Below are positions 27,057 to 41,550 of a stretch of DNA of 64,000 nucleotides, piece by piece. The position numbers were made by a program, and so were the translations under genes. Under the pieces are notes generated by a model, which was not told where the DNA came from, made no database searches, and saw only the letters and a list, made by a program, of their open reading frames with translations. The DNA lies in the NCBI RefSeq assembly GCF_964355755.1, contig NC_092676.1, positions 4,875,888 through 4,939,887 on the forward strand. The letters are read 5' to 3'. This stretch comes from Antedon mediterranea (taxonomy: Eukaryota > Animalia > Echinodermata). Each line of letters opens with the position of its first letter. Within the stretch, counting starts at the first letter, position 1.

Positions 27057-30000
27057 GTGCTTAGCCCGTTTCTACCTTTATTGGATAATGTAATGTATGG
27101 ATTTTAGTTTAACGTGATTCTCTACTGGTATTGAAAAATTATTATGGATAGCCTAAATAAATTATAACAAAAACCATTTTACCTTAGAACAAATACACGA
27201 TAACTCGCTGCTAATATAATTATGAAGCCTTTATTATACTTCTAATTAATGCTATTATGTTTATTGTAGTTAAGTTAAAGGATTGATACCAATCTTAAGT
27301 TTCCTTAAGAAGAAATCATAAAGTTATATTTAGGTTATGTAGCCTATTATATTCAAGTTATTTTATCTTTTACTTTTCATATTTCGCAAACTATTATTAC
27401 AATATGTTCCATGTATTAAATACAATTTGTGATGTTGATTTTATGTCTTAAGATTTAAATTTTCTTTTTCTGTTGCATTACAATGTTTTTTTCTTCAAAT
27501 GTATAACCTTTTTTTGTATTTGATAAATATACTCAAACTAAGGGTATAAAGGATCTTTGATTTTCTCTACTAAGCTTAGATTGTTGTGTCTAAAAAGTTG
27601 GAGTGCATGGGTTAAGTAAAAATTTAAGCTAAGTACCTTCACACACAACTGGACCATTAATCCATAAATATTTATTTTTGATAAGCGCATTCTTCTTTAT
27701 AGAAGTTTGTATGTCTTCCAATAATTATTATCATATTTTAAAATATTCAGAACCAAGATAAAAGATGCTATACCATTGAACTTTTATAAATACAAAAATG
27801 TAAATAATTCTCCCTAAATTGTACCAAAAAAATAACTACACGACCAAACCATTGTGGTATGCTTACTATTTACATAATCGTACTAAATATGTTAACAGAG
27901 GCTTGTCACGTTATAAAGTGATTTTTAGCCCCAAAAGTTGTTATTTTGTATACAAAATATTCACGATTTCACAACATTTATGGTTGCGATAGCAAGCGGC
28001 TATCACTGTAAATCAACCTCAAATATTTCACCTACGTACAGTAGAAATCAATGATTACCGTAGATCTGCTTGATTCATTATACAAACTTGAAAAATGCTG
28101 GCCTATTAATTTGGAAAGCCGTTATCCCTTTAAAGATAAGCTCTTTATTCAAATTATATTTTGACCTTACTGGACTGGACAATAGATACAAATGAACGTA
28201 CGAGTGTCCATATAATCTGAAGGTTAATAATGGCCATGTAAAACTATGACAAATATTTTCAAAACCTTGTATTTTGTATAATATTCATTCAAAATGTTCA
28301 TTACAAACTTAGATATATTTCCTCCTTGCAAAAAATAATTTAAATGTCATTTTTGTAGAATTGTCCATTTTAATGTGGCATAATTTTGGTTAATTTTATA
28401 ATAACTTTTTTTTATAAGCGAAATTATCATTTTTAGTTAAAAATTTAAAACAAAAAATGGCCTTTCAACGTTTTATTTAATTTATATACATCTTTTTGAG
28501 GACAATATGCATCTGAGACTAAATAAACAAATTGTTGTTTTACGTCCATCTTTGTGATCATTTTGTTTTTATTATTATTTGAAACAATTGTCTTATTCTG
28601 ATTCAGTTAAAACAATTGAAAGAATAATTCAACTTTCCATCGAAATTGTTTGCGCTGTTTATAAGAATAAACTTTTAAACTATCATTCCTAAATGTTGGT
28701 ATCACTATCTCAGCCACACAGCAGTTATAACGGCCCTCATTAAAAATAAAAAAATATCCCGGACGTGATACAGTACTACAATTTTTTTAAATATTTTTCC
28801 TAATATAGCATATGAAAATAACACATTGCTGTTGTTTTAATCTTGTTGATAATATATATTACTTGATGCTTCAGTGATACTGTGTAAACCAAGGATGCTT
28901 TACAATGTACAGTTTTATAGTAACTTGTGTTTTGTTACGTACCCACTAAAACTATAAAATTTGTCATTAGAATAGAAAACTATACATTTAGTATTTACAA
29001 TTGATGTTTTCCAAACCTTTGTTGTGTTAGAATGAAAAGAATAACACATTAATATGAAATATCTTGTATTTAAAATGAAAAATTGCTTATGAAAATGTGT
29101 ACCTAATTTTTAAATGCTTACTTTAAACCTAACTAAATATTTATATTTACAAATCGTTAATCAAATTTTGCATGAATCTACAATTTAAAGAAATAATTAC
29201 ATCAAGACAGTCAATCAAACTTTTTTTTAGATACAAACCATAAATGAATATTAAGACATTCCGTTTGTTGTAGAATTGTAGAATCAAAATACCTTTTTTC
29301 ATGTTAAAAGCGGCATACAAACTTACAAATTGTAGAGACAAACATTGTTCAAGTAGATACTGTTAAGTTTCTATACCTCTTAGAATATCCGCGTTGCATT
29401 TTAGTGTAGATTAATATTATCTGACGTTTTATATTTTAATGATTTTAGTATTATATCAATTATTTACGACGTCGTAATATAAGTTAATTGTTTCCTAAAG
29501 AAAGTGTGCAAGTTTTGTGTGCAATCGTGTTAAAATCCAGTAAAGTATAATTTATTGTAACTTTATTCCTAAATTAATTTTTTATTGTTTACTTGAAATT
29601 ATCAGTATGCTTATCCTTGCCTCCTTAGATTTCCACCTGTCTTTGTTACCTTGTTTTAAATGTATTTCGATTTTAAAGGCTAAATAAAGAATGAATGAAT
29701 GAATGAAAAAAAAAGATTTGTTTGCCGTTTAACAAAACAAAAATTCGTATTTAGTGTATTTTGTAAAATTAACTTCTATTTATTGCGGAAGAAAAAGAGA
29801 TAATGCGTTATAGTTGTTTGTTACAATTACTGTACCATTTTGTGTTTGAACGAATTATTTTGGCGTTTACTAAAACATAAAACTCCATTGATGAATACAT
29901 AGTATACTTTTAATAATATATTATTGTTATAAGTTTACTAAAAGTTGTATACAAACTGAAAAGAAGTGAAATATCCAACAAAACGTAATTCTTCCATTTT

Positions 30001-30099
30001 GTGATATAGGCCTAAGTTCTGTTAATTATATTTATTTAGCAAAACTTAAAACTGAGAAATGAGTAATATGGTATTAGGCCTATACTTATTTATAACATA

Positions 30100-30505
30100 G
30101 AGGAAAATAGTAGTAATACTATATTAGTGTTTAAGTGTTTAAATGAAGATGTACCCGAATACCTTAAATCATATTTTAAATTTTCTAATGAAAATCATGA
30201 TCATTTTAAAGGAAATAGTTGCAAATCACTTTCCCTGGAAAAATGTAGAGCAGAGTACTATAAACATTCATCTAAATGGAAAGGTGCTGATCTTTTTAAC
30301 ACATTAAGAGAAGAAACTAAATTGTCAAGTAATTTAAATGTTTTCAAAAGTAACTTTAAGGCATTACTGTAGTTTAAGTTTTATTGTGTTACTGTTATTT
30401 TTATATTTTAGTTTAAAATGTACTATTGTAGCCCCAAGGTCTTTTTTACTGATTGGGCCACCCTGGTTAAATATTGTTAATAAATAAATAAATAAATAAA
30501 TAAAT
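30100..30505 (+). mobile_element. 5'-truncated L2/CR1-group LINE 3' end
   Basis: FKCLNEDVPEYLKSYF..GADLFNTL..FKSNFK; ccctggttaaata and (aaat)n tail. Confidence 0.7.
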
Positions 30506-33127
30506 ACGTTTTAAAATTACCGTTTAGATTTAGGACATTCAACAAAACGAAAAAATAGTAAAGATTATTTAGAATACTCCATATTATACATATATACATA
30601 TATTTTGTGCATAGATTAAAATGTTTAAATCCAAGTAGGGCCTATTAATTAAGTTGAAACATTATTATTTCTCATTGCCATAGTGTGATTATTATTGATT
30701 AAAAACGCTTCTGAATAAACCTTTATGCTATTTTAATTATATTTAACTATTGTTAATATAATTGTACTATGGCATGGAATTGAATGTTTCTGCATACGTA
30801 CGTACGTAATCACAATTCTTGATTTGATTTTAGTTGTCGCAAATAAAATAATCATGTGTACTTTAGTTTGAAAGTTGTAACCGTTTCTAGGCTACCGTGT
30901 TACCTTATCAATGTACAGGTATTCCGCAGAAAAACCTCAAACCCACCGTCACGCCTTTATGTTTTTTCCCGTTTACAAACTGCGTCATAGGGCCTAAATT
31001 TGGCCCATTTTAAAACCGCATAAATGGAAATCACTTAACATCGTTACGGAAATCAATGTTGTTTACGTCTTGGATATGAGGGATCCTATGATATCGTGTT
31101 ATTCGAATTTGTTGATTTTATTTGATTAAAATTTAATTTCATTCAATTTGAATCTAAATAATTCAGCGTAACTTTACACTCTCAGTGTCTTGTTTAATTT
31201 CTGTATGTCATTTACGTAACCCAGTAATTAATTCCGTAAAATCATGGTGCTAGGCATGTCTATAAGCACGATTGGTGGAAGAAATAACAATTACGTATAT
31301 AAACTATTAAAAAAACAATCGTAGTATTGTGGTTGAAATTGTTCAATCTTGGAAAGTACAGAAAAGGTAAAATATTGCATATACACGCTATGAAATATTA
31401 TCTGCTAGCTAGCTAGGCCTAACTAACAGGTTATTCCAGAGTGATTCGATCGACCTTACTAGCATTACTAAGCCGGTCATTTTGAGCTCTGTAGTGCAAC
31501 AATAGTAGCGGCCGTGTTCTAATTTGTTATCCTGTCCAGTGGAAGGACGGAAGTTAAAATTTAATGTTATGGGCACCCGCACCTATTTGATGTCCAGAAG
31601 GCCAGAATAAATAGCTTAGGACCTTCGTATGATGATGACACGAAAGATAAAATACGGTAAAAAATAATTTATGGTAAGCCCATTAATATTGTTGGTATAT
31701 TTGTGCACTAGATCACGTACACAAATGAACCCTAAAAATAGGGTTAATTCTTTAAGTTGCGGTAGGCCAATTGAACTCGTAATTGGCTAATTTGAGGTTC
31801 AACCATATAAACCCTAATATAAAGTCTATTTTGGCTCTTTCTGTCTTCTCGCCGTTTGGTACCATACTTTTATAGTCACAGGCTTATGTGTATTTGAAGC
31901 TCAACTTATACTGTTTGAACTTTAGGTTACGGTGTGAGTTTTGAATAGATGTAAGGTGACACACTAATGTAAAGTTCAAGTTCAAAACTGTTTCTTTGAT
32001 GAAACAACCGATAGCAATAAGAAATAATGTGTTTATTGATACTGATCAAATGTATACGATTGTGAACTTCTATTAAATCACGACATACGATCGTATCTTG
32101 ATTACTCGGGGGGTTAAGCGGGTGTAAGGCCGGTCGACGTTTCCGATCTCCCGTACCTGGTGGTGAGACAACCTACTCCACGCCTACCATATTGGCCTAG
32201 CATTGAGATAGACTTGATTAAATATTAATTTACAAAGATAAACATTCTAAACCTCAATACACAGTAGTTGTAAGTAGTAAATCGGATGGACATTGTAATT
32301 TCCCCGTTAAAAATGACCAACATTATTATATTGTCATCGCAGGGAATACCAAATTATACACGTTTTTGTTTCAAATCTCAAATGACCTGTTCGTTTTTAT
32401 GAGGAAAAACAACCAACACGTCCATTTTACACAACCATCCCATATATTTCAGTATTTTCTTTAATAATAATAATAACGTAAAAAAATAATATGTTCTAAT
32501 TTTTTGAAGATAAATATTATTTATGCCCTGTCATTACTTTTTGAAGCGGAAACAGCTTTAAGCAAAACCATGCAATGCACGATTTTAATTGTTATTTAAC
32601 AAAACACAAATAACTAATACAGTAACAACACATACTAAAAATATATAAGAACATTTCTTAATTTACTTCTGCCAAAAGGTTTTGAGAAAAAATGAGTAAA
32701 TAAAGCGCTTCTTTTTTCTCCTTTTCTATAATTTTTCTGATTTCATTATTAAGATTCTGTAAAATTCAGTAAGTTATTAAATTACCGTAGGCCTAAATTA
32801 TAAAACATAGTTTATTATTATATTAATATTATTATAATTATTATATACTTATGGAATGCTGTAAGTAAACACTGCCTCTCTCTTGGTAAAGGATTTTATC
32901 AGTGACATTCTCTGTAAAGTTTACTCTTTACATCAATTCGATTTTCTTTTATTTAAAAAAATGTGTTACGTAATATGCAAATTGATATTGTTTTGACGTC
33001 ACATTAAAAAGAGATTAAATTGGTTCTCGTTGTTGATCGCTATGAATATTTTAATATTTTTTCGAGTATTCTTACATTTGTTATTTGCACAATAATGAAA
33101 TAGTAATGTTAACCTGTTTGTATACAG

Positions 33128-33390
33128 ATGGTACGCATTACCAAGATAATAATATGTCTAAGGAAGAAACACCTGAAGAACAGGAGGGAATGAGTTATGA
33201 AGAGGCCGTAAGAGAAGGCTTCCAACAAATGGCGATAGATGCAGATGGAGAAAAGGTCGACCCACGCAAGGCGGCTGGATCGCAAGTAGAGGGGGAATTA
33301 TACACGGGCAAGTGCAAATTTTTCAAAGTACATGAAGGCTACGGGTTTCTGTCCCCTGACGATGGAACAGGAGATGTGTTCGTACATCAG
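33128..33390 (+). CDS. LIN28: Lin28 exon: N-terminus and first half of cold-shock domain
   Basis: tatacag| ...GKCKFFKVHEGYGFLSPDDGTGDVFVHQ |gttagt; RNP1/RNP2 motifs; intron after VFVHQ as in vertebrate LIN28; in-frame ATG at 33154. Confidence 0.92.
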
Positions 33391-33399
33391 GTTAGTAAT

Positions 33400-34080
33400 A
33401 TAGTACTACTGTAGTAGTGTGGGCGAGTTTGTAGTAGTGTGGGCGAAAGGTGCCAAAAAACAAGTTTATGCGAGATACCGATTTACTGGAGTGGGCGAAT
33501 GACACTTATTTAAAAGTGTAAAATTGTAAAAGTTGGGCAAAAGGGGCAAAGAAAGTTTATGTGAAATACCGTTGTCAGTTTACTGAAGTGGGCGAATGAC
33601 AATGATTTAAAAGTGTAAACTTATGTTGGGCAAAAGGTGCAAAAAAAAAAGAAGTTTGATTAATAAACGATCTAGGATTACTAGAGTGGGGAAAGTACAA
33701 TATTTTAAGTGTTTGGTAAGTTTGGCAAAAGGTGCCAAAAACAAGTTTATCTAAGATAACACTGTCGATTTACTGGGGTGGGAGTGCTACATGAAGTAGT
33801 AATATGTTGGGCAAAATGCACCAAAACATGGAGTAGGGCTATCTCTGTAAATTATGTTGGCCAAAATATGCCAAAAAAAAGAAAGAAAAGAAATTTGTGT
33901 CAATAACAATGTAGGTTTACTTCTACTAGAGTAGGAAAATTACAATGTTGTAAGTGTTTAGTAGGTTTGGCAAAATGTACCAAAATATGGAGTAGGCCTA
34001 CAGTGTTACAAACAATTTTAAGTGTTGTTAGCACTCTTGGTAAGCGTATTATTTTAAAAAGGCTTGGCAATAATGTTTGA
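33400..34080. repeat. Degenerate tandem repeat (gggcaaaaggtgccaaaa..aagtttat..tttactggagtgggc)
   Basis: About 6-7 diverged units at the start of the large Lin28 intron. Confidence 0.7.
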
Positions 34081-34141
34081 TTTTTCATCAAGTCAAAGGT
34101 AAATTTATTATGATATCAAATTGTCATTGGTGATATTTCTA

Positions 34142-34318
34142 AAGCTCTGTTTTACACTATCAAACAAGATTTACCCAATTATGACTAGTGATATCCCAAA
34201 TATGGTAGTGACATCCCCAAATATGGTAGTGACATCCCCAAATATAGTAGTGATGTGACACCATCATGTCCTTATGGGCACATCACATTTTTTTGTTACA
34301 TAAAGTTTGATAGAGCTT
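34142..34318. mobile_element. PIF/Harbinger MITE copy with expanded internal 20-bp repeat
   Basis: agctctgttttacactatcaaac ... gtttgatagagct; three ccaaatat(g/a)gtagtga units. Confidence 0.75.
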
Positions 34319-34701
34319 AACTTTTTTTTAAATATTGTTTTGTAAAACAAGTAAACACTACGCAATGAAAAAGAAATGTGAAAAACACATCAGAACCAAA
34401 CAAAACTTAACCCTGTACAGTTATCGAGAGAGTAGCGTCTAGCGAGGTTTATTTGCACCACATGTGACATTTAGAACCTAATAATTGATATAATACAACA
34501 ACTAGTTTATTTGATTGCGATGTTAATCCAAGAATGTCTCATAACGTCTACAGACAGATGTGATTAGTTATAACATTAGATGTAAAATCACCGGTTTTTA
34601 TCAGTTTCCAGGGCTCGAAATTAACCCTAGGAAAATTGCTACTTGCTAGAGTAGATTTGTTTTATCTCTTTGAAAATTATAAACTGCTAATGAGGTTTTA
34701 A

Positions 34702-35036
34702 AGACGTATTGTCCACCAAAAACATTAAAAATGAAGATTAATTAAATCAAACTCTGAATATGTTATTTTGTAGTTTCAATAAAGTTAATCAATTCTGTAG
34801 GAAAAAAACGAAAAAAATGTTTTCACTTATAAAATGACAAACAAAATGGTTAAATTCAAACAAAACTCCATTGGCTGGCAGCCAATTTGACCATTTTAGT
34901 TTTAAATTACAGTTTTTGCACGTAAATACATTTTTCAATCCAATTTTTGGTCAAAGTGGATAATAATTATTATGTTACATTAAAATGGCATAGTTAACAA
35001 TTTTGTTAAGAATTGTTTTTTTCAGGGGGACAATCT
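34702..35036 (+). mobile_element. Kolobok-like non-autonomous element
   Basis: ttaa|agacgtattgtcc ... gggggacaatct|ttaa. Confidence 0.8.
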
Positions 35037-38000
35037 TTAACGAAAAAGTTACATTTTAGTCGCGCAGAAGTGCCGTACAGTAGGTTTTTAATCTGCCAAT
35101 TCAATTCTAAAATAATTGTAGCTACCAATAATAAATTTGAATTTGTGTTAGTCTTGCTCATTTTGGTAAATGTATCTACTTTTACAACTAGCAAAGGGTT
35201 GCTAGTAGAGATAACTAAGATTAAGAACACTAACCCTAGTTATGACATTCTTTAGTAGAGTATACATTTGAGCAATTAAGGAAAGAGAAGCCATTTCAGA
35301 ATTAGTGAAGTAGTATGTGGTACCTGAATTATGTTGTAGCTTATGGGCTACTGTATTTTAAAGGCGTCACATGTGATACATATATGAATCTGTATCACGG
35401 AATTTTTCTAATGTGATTGTACATTATTATACAGATATGAAACTTCCATCGAATGTTCTTAGTTTATTTCACAGTAACTAACTCGTATCAGAAAAAAAAC
35501 ATTACAAAAAACACCTTTCATATCTAGAAATCGCAAATGGAAATGCATTTTTAATTTAATACTTATATTATAATATTAATAGATACTGCTATTGATTTTA
35601 GTTGTGTTTTTATTTAAGCACTCATCAAGCACTATAAGTGGGCATAATTTAATATTAATTTGTTGAACTATTAACATCATGATATTATTAGATATCAGAT
35701 TATATTTCTCCTAAAAGTGTTCAAGAGATAACATCATCAATTTCAAGAAAATTTCAATTATAATCCCGATTCTAAGATTAACACAATTTTAAAATGAAAT
35801 CTGTTTTGACATTTTTGTATAATAAAAGCCATAATGTTTTGTATCTTTAAAATGTTACTTAATTATTACAGTGTTTTTATTAATTCGTAATGTAACCAAG
35901 TAAAGTAATTTATATTGTTTATGAAATGAAATACAGGAAATAAAGAAAAACAAAATTAACATAATTATTTATTTTTATAAGTAGGCATATGTGTTAATTT
36001 AAATTTGTCATCAAGGTTTTATTTTAATTCTTGTTGTTGATAAAAAAATAGTGATAGAGCCTGGTGTACTAGGTTTTTTTTAATATAAAAATTAGGAAAT
36101 AATCATAATCATAATATAATTTTACTAAATCTGAAAGCCGAATGCCTGCATAGTATTAATAATAATATTCACTACTAGTACCTTTCTAAGAGGCAGCAGT
36201 AATTAAAATTGATCTAATGGTATGACAAGAAGAAAAATACCTTATACTGAAAATATAACTCCCTATAATATGTTGCTACTGGATAAATTGGCTATATAAC
36301 CCACTTTTTGAACTTAAACACGTTTGAAATCAATAATTTCTGAACAAATACATTGAATAGAAGGCTAGATCATGTATGATGTATCGTTTACGAAGCATTT
36401 CGTCACGTTAGTCTTACTTTTTGACTTCTTAAATAAAAGGTTCTAGGAGCTCTGACGCTTTCGTAAGATAATAAAGTTCAAAAAGGTTTTTTAATCATGT
36501 CTATGTAGAAAATGGATATAAATGAATTTTGCACCTGCAATCTTAACGAAATATTATCTTACTTTTGCCTTATAAAGACTGTGACGTCACCGTTTTAGAT
36601 TTCGATAATTCATTTGTTGCTGATCGTAATTTAATTCCGGTATTAAAAAAGATTTAAATAAAATGAATTATCCAAACGTTAATAGAATGATCTATTCTAT
36701 GTATCCTTTATCGTATTTCTTTAGATCATGATTCGTCCTTTGGTGAGGACGTAAAGCCGTCACTATCCGTAAAACCATTCATACGTCTGTGAAGCCGCTG
36801 TACGCAATAAAATCATATCTATGTTTGAAAAGTTTTTGTTTTTGGAAGGATCTTCGAGACATTCGATCTGTTTACTGTAAAACTCTATTTAGGCCTACAC
36901 TGAAAACAAAGTGTAGGATATAATCTCACCCCGCATTACGAATTTGAATCTGCCTGCTGTCATGGACCCGTTATATAGGCCTAATAATCCGAGGATGGTG
37001 ACAATCCTATCATTTCATTATATTGATCTTTATAATTAACTTTAGGCAGTTTCATTTACTACATAAATTTGATTTTATTCCCCATGACTTTTACTAAAAT
37101 TCTATTTTATTTGTTCAGTATAAAATGTGGCTTTATGCAAATAAATATGCAGATATAAAAGAGCGATGTTCTTATATATGAAACCAAAGTGGCATATTAA
37201 ATATTATTCTTATTCAAAATGTTCTTTTTAAAAATACAACCGGATAGTGAAATCGTCCATAAAATGTTCCCACACAGAGAATATTATATTCTAATTTTTT
37301 TCGTTTATGATGTTGCTCTACATCTGTATACATTTTATATATTAATATTTTAAATTGACGAATACAGATCCAATTTGTTTGTCATAAAAGTGTAAACGAA
37401 TATTTTCTAATTCAATGAATATCATACGGATTCGCTTTGAAAAGGACATTACAAGTAAACCGTGAATATTATCCAGAAATACGGACTGCGTTTGTCCAGT
37501 ATATTCATTCAGGGATTTCCGGGCATCGGATTCAAGGACAGAAGAGCTATTTAGCAAGGGCATCGATGCTATTACTATCCACTACTAATTAACATAGCTT
37601 TATTAACGCGGCTTACAGAGGACACAATTTGCATTTTAGTAGTACACGTTGCTTTTAAGGCGTTTTTTGACCGTTTTCAAACAACTTGTTGTTGAGTACT
37701 TCGCATTTTAATGTATGTGATTTATCTGTTACGAATAATAATTATTTAGGAAAATGAATTCACAGGTAAAATAAGTAATTAATTTCGGCAAGACGAGACT
37801 TTAATTTCTAAGCGAGTCCGATTTATTGTTGGCTATCTGAGGTGATTTTAACCTATTTTTGTAGGTAGCGTACTTTATCAATTAATCATTAAGAGAAAGA
37901 AGTGTTTTTTTTCTCTCACTTAAATTAAATAGTTTAATATATATTTATTTATCTGGAGGACTAATCTTAAAGCATTGGCCTAATGCCTCCTCCTCACACA

Positions 38001-38756
38001 ATTATATTTATTAATTTATGTTCTGTATTATTGTATATTGTATTGTGTTAAAACAATAAACCTGAACTTAAAACTTAATCAACGAGTAAAACCCATTATT
38101 AAGAGAACACCTTCTGGACCCAACAGAGTAACACTAACACTAACAACTATTGTGTTAAAAACATCATACTCATAGGCCTAGTACGTTTTTGACGGGAAAG
38201 TTTATTCAGTGGTGTCCCCTGATTAGAGTTGACGGGAGTTTATTCTTAATAAATAGGAGTGTCCCTTGATTAGAGTTGGCCATGCGTTGAAACATATTAT
38301 TCCCCTCGCTTATTCTATATCAATGTCCCCTAATAGAGGCTCGGACGTTCATCAATGTTATCGTGGATGCTTGACAGCCGTAAATCAACGTGTTATCATT
38401 TTATTCTAATACTGTAGTATATAACTTTTTTCCCCGGGATTCAATCAGAATATTGCTGTATTGATAGTTAATTGTTTCTTTTTCCAATATCTTCTGTTGT
38501 AGAGAGCAACACCAATTATTACACTTTTTTCCACACAATCCATCCAATGTGTTTTTATTTGTTAGCCTAATACTAATAGTGTACTATTTTGTACATTTTC
38601 TTTCATAAAATACCAGATAAATTTAAATAATTACTGTTAACCAGGAAAGAATTCACTCTTCCCTGCAAAGAATTTTATAGTGCCGTTAAGAGAGCATAAT
38701 CCAATACAATCGATACTCCACGCCCACTTAATTCAGCATACGCGTGCGACGGTGCG

Positions 38757-38892
38757 TCATATCACTACCATATTTGGGCATATCACTACCATATTTGTGC
38801 ATATCACTACCATTATTTGGACATATCACTATCATATTTGAGCACATCACACTCTTTTTTGTCAAACTAGTTGGATAGTGTAGACAGTTCTA
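38757..38892 (-). mobile_element. PIF/Harbinger MITE, reverse partial copy
   Basis: (atatcactaccatatttgggc)x4 then gatagtgtagacag. Confidence 0.7.
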
Positions 38893-41195
38893 AGCTTTAG
38901 TCTGTACTTTAGAGTAAAAGTTAGATTTTATGCGATTTGAGGTGGTATAAAAAATAATAAATTGTTTGTACATTTTTATGTGAATTTTCGTTAGAAAAGG
39001 CAGGATTCCCCACACCCTAATCGCGCCAGCTTTAAAACTCGTGTCCGCTACTTAGGCCTACAAAATAGTTTTTTTTATTTATTTTTATTCTATCATGTTC
39101 AGGTCCGGTCTCTAATTTATTTATTAGCAAAAAAAGATCTATCTATCTTTTTCTATGTTAAGTAAATCATTTTTCTAAAGTCAGTTTTAAAAATAACAAG
39201 CAAATAGTTTAAAATATTTCTTGTTACGTTTTCTTTTACGTCAATCCCAATCCAATGTTTATTCAGTTTTCAAATAATTGGTCCCTGTTTTATCTTTACC
39301 AGCGAACATTGACTTGTTTAGAAGTAAATTAAATTCAGACTGTCTTTGTAGAGAACAAATTTAATTATCTGCCTACGTTTTTAAATGTTTAATTAGAATA
39401 TATTTAATATTGAACATATAGTTACACATTAACAGTGAACGAGAACAACAATTCCGAGAAGTAATATTTTATGAAATAAGTTTTAATCATCAACTCTTAC
39501 TGTAGGCGTATTTTAATAGGCCTTTTCAAGGTTTTTATAATAGTGATAACGCTAGCAAATTTATCTCTCTATGTTATTAAATTTAATAAATATTGAATAT
39601 CTTCTTTATGCTTTACGCTGTAGAAGATTTTATTTGTATTTATTGCGCGTCGGTTAATTTTGACCTGTCGTGATTGAACTATTCAACAGTACAGAACTCA
39701 GTATTTTACTATTTTTGGAATACAAAACCGTTTTAATCGAAGGAGCATTTCCGTTTTATGCCGGTTCTGATCACCTCACCATTTTGTTCTCCTTTGTCCA
39801 AACACAGATACTATACACTCTGTGGTCCAAAGATCTGTACGGTTTATTACTCAGGCCAAGGCCATGTACGTTTGGCGGTCACTCAATCACATAAACAATG
39901 TTATCGACGAGTGACCAATGCACGTCGTGGGACAAGGTTAACCGCGTTTAATAGTCCGAGGTGATCAATGGATTAAATTTGCAGTATGAAACGCCAATTG
40001 ACCAAACGTAACCCACTACGACTATCTAAAAGCAATGTTGTGCCCTTACTGTATTGTATAGTTATTTATGTATATTTATAAATAATTGTCTGATAAAAAC
40101 TGTATCAAAGTTATGGTTAATTGTATTTACTGTGGAAGATTTGTGATTGCCATTTGTGCGCTCCACGAACGGTACGTTTGCATAAGTGAAGAAGTCATTA
40201 ATAAAGTAGACGCCATACAATACAAACAATATAAACAGGTTTTACTATCTTTAGTTATTTTTTCTAGAATAGAAGAAAGAAGAATAATAATTTGTTGACT
40301 GGAATTTTAGAATAATTATATAGGTTTGGTTGTAGGCCTATTTATGGAACTAGCGTCGTGTCGCTATAACACTATATCAGTATATTAAATATTATTTATA
40401 TCTTCTCGTTTCAAATATTGAATAATTAATATAGAAAAAACTAATAATATTTTTAAAGCAGTTCAATGTTTTAACGATTCATTTTTATCTACCTATTTTC
40501 GATTTAGTGCCGTGAGAACGCAAATACTATCGTCCATCATCGCTCGTTTAAATTTGGACTTTTCAAATATTTGACCTGGTCCAAGCCAGGACAGTGACCT
40601 TGTCAATTACTCGGACAACAGATTTCACTCTTTCAGCGTTGAAACTGACCACTGTTGACCTGTGAAGGCATGTGGTACCCTACAGGGGATAATCGCATTA
40701 TTAGTAAACCATTTGATTTGTTAACACACTACATAGCATTCTTTTCAGTATAGTACATTCCATAGGTCACCATGAGAAATTTGATTTGACCTAAAGAGTG
40801 AAAAAAAAAAAGTACGGTACGTTTCCCGCGATTTTCTCGCACCTTCTCACGTTTTTTTTTTAGAGACAATCAAACTCGTATCTTTACACTACATGTTCAA
40901 CACTTACATTATCGTTAGACAATTTCAAAATGAAGAATTTTAAATTCTAATCTAATTATAATTTTGATTCAAGTTTATTCTGTTAGTTCATTCAAGTGAA
41001 AGTGTCGCGCAGGTAATAATGGAATTTACCGCAGGCCTCATCGTGTTTATAAAAAGCCGGATACAATATCGAATCTCAGCGAAAATAAGCTAGAGGGGAT
41101 ATTTGTGTCCGTGATACGGCCGATCCTTATGAATAGTGTCCACGGACCACGCGCGAATCCTTTAATTGTGGACATTACTATAATGTTAATCTTCA

Positions 41196-41550
41196 AGATG
41201 TATTGTCCCTCAAAAACATGAAAAATGAAGATTATTTAATTATTTAAATTTAAGACTTTGAATATGTTATTTTGTAGTTTTCATAAAGTTAATCACTTCA
41301 ATAGAAAAAAACGAAACAAAAATCTTGTTTTCACTTATAAAATGATGATAAATGTTAAAATTCAACAAAAAATCTATTGGCTGGCAGCCAATTTGAACAT
41401 TTTTTGCTTTAAATTACATTTTTTCAGGTAAATACATTTTTTTTCGATCCAATTTTTGGTCAAATTGGATAACTATTATGTTACATTAAAAAATGGAATA
41501 TTCAACTAACATTTTTTTAAGAATTACTTTTTCAGGGGGACAATACATCT
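41196..41550 (+). mobile_element. Kolobok-like non-autonomous DNA transposon, ~355 bp
   Basis: TIR agatgtattgtccc / gggacaatacatct with ttca/ttaa flanks (Kolobok: TTAA TSD, RR..YY ends); about 10 full or partial copies in the window. Confidence 0.82.
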
